From an uncultured archaeon (GTDB lineage: Archaea > Asgardarchaeota > Lokiarchaeia > Sigyniarchaeales > SOKP01), in contig CAZALK010000013.1 of the NCBI GenBank assembly GCA_964486045.1, positions 108,879 to 172,878 on the forward strand: DNA of 64,000 bases, read 5' to 3'. The notes beneath the pieces are model-generated. The model was not told the origin of the DNA and searched no databases. It saw only the letters and a list, made by a program, of their open reading frames with translations. Below, piece after piece: positions 61,005-64,000 of the stretch (positions are counted from its first letter, which is position 1; every line of letters starts with the position of its first letter). The position numbers and the translations under genes are program-made.

Positions 61005-61883
61005 TTAAAAGGTTAACTTCTCTTCAATATGTTTCGAGATTGATTTAAAAGAAGATATGAACTCGTCTAGTTCAAAAACATCTGTTATCTTATTAGCCCA
61101 TACGTTGCTATAAGCGAAGTTGTAGTTAATCTTTTCATCGAATTGTTTTAGAAGGAGATAAGCGACTAACTCAGCCAAAATCTCATTTTTTGCGTAGTCT
61201 TTTTTAATATCTCCCGCTATCTTTAAAACTGATATGGTGATATGATGCCCAGTTTCATGTAGAAGACTGTGAGAAGATTTCTCATAAAGGATTATGTCAT
61301 GTGAAAGCGGTTCGTATGCCCCTTTTAGCCTTTGGGACTTGAAATCCTCTTCTATTTTTATCTTAGGAAAATTGGTTGCAACAAAGTTGAAGGCTGTGTT
61401 ATAATCAATTTCGGTGTTCTGCATAATCTTTTCGTCAATTTGCTTTTGTTCTTCTATGTAATTTTCATACTCGGTTGTTTGCCACATATCAAAAACGTTG
61501 CCAACTTTAAAGAAATTTATCATCTTCTGCTTTTCCTCTTCCTCTGGTTCACTTCCCGTTTCTTTTAGAACTTTTCTAAACATCGGGATTAGAATTTGAT
61601 ATGCTTTAGAGTTTTTTAGGATTTGTATGTCTTGTTTTTTCCAGTTTTGAAATCCGTTAAGAATTCCAACAAATTTGTTGTCTCCTCTTCTTTCTGCTTG
61701 AGCCAACACTAAACAAGTATTTCTTAAGCTATATTGGTGCATTTGCTTGTAATTTGCGACAATTCCAATAAAATCTTTAATGGTTTTTTTCTCCATAAAT
61801 TGTTTATAGAGGTCTTCAAGGTCTTGTTTTTGGGCTTCTTTCTTGGTCTTGTATTGTTCTTTTTGTTCGGGTGTAAATGTTCT
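61005..61883 (-). pseudogene. ArdC-like ssDNA-binding domain plus zincin (HExxH) protein, 5'-truncated; mobile-element derived
   Basis: HQYSLRNTCLV.AQ, GFQNWKK...GNVFD..QT, LLHETGH, EILAE. Frame is open 29 codons upstream of ATG 61796 with no start codon. Confidence 0.72.
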
Positions 61884-61910
61884 TCAGTTAGCTGGTAATT
61901 AGTAACTAGC

Positions 61911-62343
61911 TTATTTATTTATATTTCTTAAACTATCGCTAAATTCTGAAAACATACTTCCACTCAAAATATCGATGAAGCCCTCGAAATTAATGCTTGG
62001 TAATTCTTGAATTAAACGATTTTGGAATTTAGTAGGCAAATATTTCACAATTTGTTCAAGTGCTCTCGAACTATCATGACTATCTGATCTACCAAAAATA
62101 CCTTTACTTCTATACAGATTTAGAATCGTTTCAATTAGTTCATCATCGATAATAGAATCTCTATTTTGCTCTTTAATATTTTCAAGAAATCCATTTCTTA
62201 AGAGAGAAATCTTTAATTTCCTCAACTGGAATATTTAATAAAAGGAATTTACACTGACGGAATAATTCTCCCTTTATGTAGATATTAGTCCTTCCATCTT
62301 CCAACTTTAAAGTTATATACTCGTTAACATTGAATTCCTTCAT
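61911..62343 (-). pseudogene. Internally deleted paralog of 54185..55441
   Basis: MKEFNVNEYITLKLEDGRTNIYIKGELFRQCKFLLLNIP, then an out-of-frame jump to LLRNGFLENI...; the FWGHCSN core is absent. Confidence 0.72.
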
Positions 62344-62347
62344 TGAT

Positions 62348-64000
62348 TTAATCCCTTTTTTTCTCATTAAAAATTCTTTTCAGAGCTGAACGAGCTGGTG
62401 GATTCATTCGGACTGTTCTGGTATCCGATTCTTTAATCAGTATTTTCTGTTCAATCAATTGAAAAACATGTTGATAACCACCACTGCTAGACTTATCTAG
62501 ATTTTCAACTATCAAGTCAATATTATTTGGATCTCTATCATAAATTACCTTAAGGATTTTAGATTTAACATTGTCTACTAAAAATTTCTCTCTTAGCAAT
62601 TTATCGAACTTTTCTTCTCTTATTTTATAAAAATCTACATTTTTATTTACCAGTTTGCAACAATATTCTACAAACTGAGAAGGATCATCTGCCTGTGCGT
62701 ATTTTTCTCCCAGCGGATTATATTCTTCCTTATATCCCCCTAATTTAATAATTAAATCTTTTGTAAAACTTGTTCCAATAACTAATTCTTCTAAATTCAT
62801 CAAGTTCTCGAGTCCCTTTAATTCTTTAATGTCATTATTATCTATTCCTAGTGTTTTCAATTTCGTGAGAGCAGCAAGACCTGTAATTTCAAAAATATTG
62901 TTACTACTTAAGATTAATGTCTTTAAATTTGTCAACTTATTTAATCCTTCAATCTCAGAGATATTATTGTTACTTAAGCCTAATCTTTCTAAATTTGTTA
63001 GTTTTTCAAGACCTTTAATTGCCGAAATTCTGTTCTCGGAAAATTCTAAATCCCGAAGATTTATTAGATTTTCAAGGCATTTAATTTCAGAGATTTGATT
63101 ATTAGTTAAATCTAAGATTCTTAAATTCTTGAGATTTTCAAGCCCTTTAATTTCCACTAATTTATTATTTGTGAACTTTAGGACTTTCAATTTGGGTAGA
63201 CCTTCCAAATCTGGAATCTCCGTAAATTTATTGTTTAAAAAGTTTAAAAATACCAAATTTTCGAGGTTCCTTAAGCTTTTTGTATCCAGTAAAAAATTTC
63301 CTTCACCACCTAAACTTAATGTTATCAAGGATTTTAACTTACTAATGGATTGAGGAAGCCTCTTAATATTATTTGAATCAAGGATTAAAACTCTAAGTAA
63401 CTGGAGATTTCCAATAGCTTCAGGAAGATTTTCTAAATGATTACCACTCAAATCCAAATGATATAGATTAGTTAAATTTCCAATCGATTTAGGAAGTATT
63501 GTTATACTCTGGCCTTTAACTTTTAATACCTCCAATTTTTTTAAATTTCCAACTGATTCTGGTAAAAAATCTCCTGAAGTAGCGTCTTTACTCCATATAT
63601 CTGAAGCTGTAATATAAAGTTCTCGTAGTTCAGTTAAATTTCCTATTGAGTATGGTACCTTCTTAATATCAGAACCTTTTAAACTTAATCCAGTGACTCG
63701 ATGATTTTCGGTTGAAAAGGCCATAGAAGTATTAATTATAATCTCATCAAAATTTTCTAGGTATTCTTTTGTTGAGAAATTGTCTTCCTCTAGATCATAA
63801 GTGATATAATCTCTATCGAAGTAGCTAATAAAGAAATTATGGGTTTTAAATTTTTCTTTATAAGTGAAACATTTAGTTGTTTGAAGCTCAATATCTTCAA
63901 GAGATTGCGCTTCTTTTCTTGTAATCTCGGCATTTCGGAACATAATAAGTTCCATGGAATTGAAGTCATTTTCTTCAACCTCTTGTTTTTTTTTTTTTTT
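62348..64000 (-). CDS. Leucine-rich repeat protein; may start beyond the window edge
   Basis: LPxSIGNLxxL and IxGLExLxNL repeats; frame is open from ATG 63955 to the window end. Confidence 0.88.
   Translation of the reverse strand, partial: KKKKKQEVEENDFNSMELIMFRNAEITRKEAQSLEDIELQTTKCFTYKEKFKTHNFFISYFDRDYITYDLEEDNFSTKEYLENFDEIIINTSMAFSTENHRVTGLSLKGSDIKKVPYSIGNLTELRELYITASDIWSKDATSGDFLPESVGNLKKLEVLKVKGQSITILPKSIGNLTNLYHLDLSGNHLENLPEAIGNLQLLRVLILDSNNIKRLPQSISKLKSLITLSLGGEGNFLLDTKSLRNLENLVFLNFLNNKFTEIPDLEGLPKLKVLKFTNNKLVEIKGLENLKNLRILDLTNNQISEIKCLENLINLRDLEFSENRISAIKGLEKLTNLERLGLSNNNISEIEGLNKLTNLKTLILSSNNIFEITGLAALTKLKTLGIDNNDIKELKGLENLMNLEELVIGTSFTKDLIIKLGGYKEEYNPLGEKYAQADDPSQFVEYCCKLVNKNVDFYKIREEKFDKLLREKFLVDNVKSKILKVIYDRDPNNIDLIVENLDKSSSGGYQHVFQLIEQKILIKESDTRTVRMNPPARSALKRIFNEKKRD

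Noticed and set aside
63986-64000. Terminal poly-T run
   Set aside because: At the window edge; possibly an assembly artefact or Lys codons on the minus strand.
1-64000. tRNA, rRNA, integrase, transposase or reverse transcriptase genes
   Set aside because: No recognisable motifs found by eye; tRNAscan-SE, Infernal and HMM searches would be needed to exclude them.

Overview
AT-rich archaeal DNA that reads as an Asgard archaeon, most likely Lokiarchaeia/Promethearchaeota. It carries archaeal information-processing genes (TFB, RpoE', Spt4, RpoN, S24e, S27ae, S28e, S6e, L7Ae, L24e, Kae1, Bud32) alongside eukaryotic-signature-type genes (Rab- and Arf-like GTPases, two roadblock proteins, two gelsolin-like proteins, a broken longin-like gene, LRR, HEAT and TPR solenoids). 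Metabolic content includes a sugar ABC importer, Acs, a 2-oxoacid/acetoin dehydrogenase E1 pair, PPase and a heterodimeric ABC exporter. No tRNA, rRNA, CRISPR array, integrase or transposase was recognised. Main observations: (1) a CoA-transferase-GNAT fusion lacking the transferase catalytic Glu, divergent from acs, a candidate acyl-CoA-sensing acetyltransferase; (2) essential ribosomal genes S28e and L7Ae with no usable in-frame ATG/GTG/TTG, apparently starting at ATA and ATT behind good SD sites; (3) a 193-bp duplication of the acs 3' end, fused to a decayed paralog of the adjacent TPR-nitrilase gene; (4) a 1070-aa pseudo-GTPase/alpha-solenoid protein; (5) a modular FWGHCSN-domain family next to LRR and ArdC remnants; (6) a triple 23-bp-phased operator and a K-turn-like element ahead of L7Ae; (7) many pseudogenes. 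All assignments come from reading motifs by eye; no database search was run.
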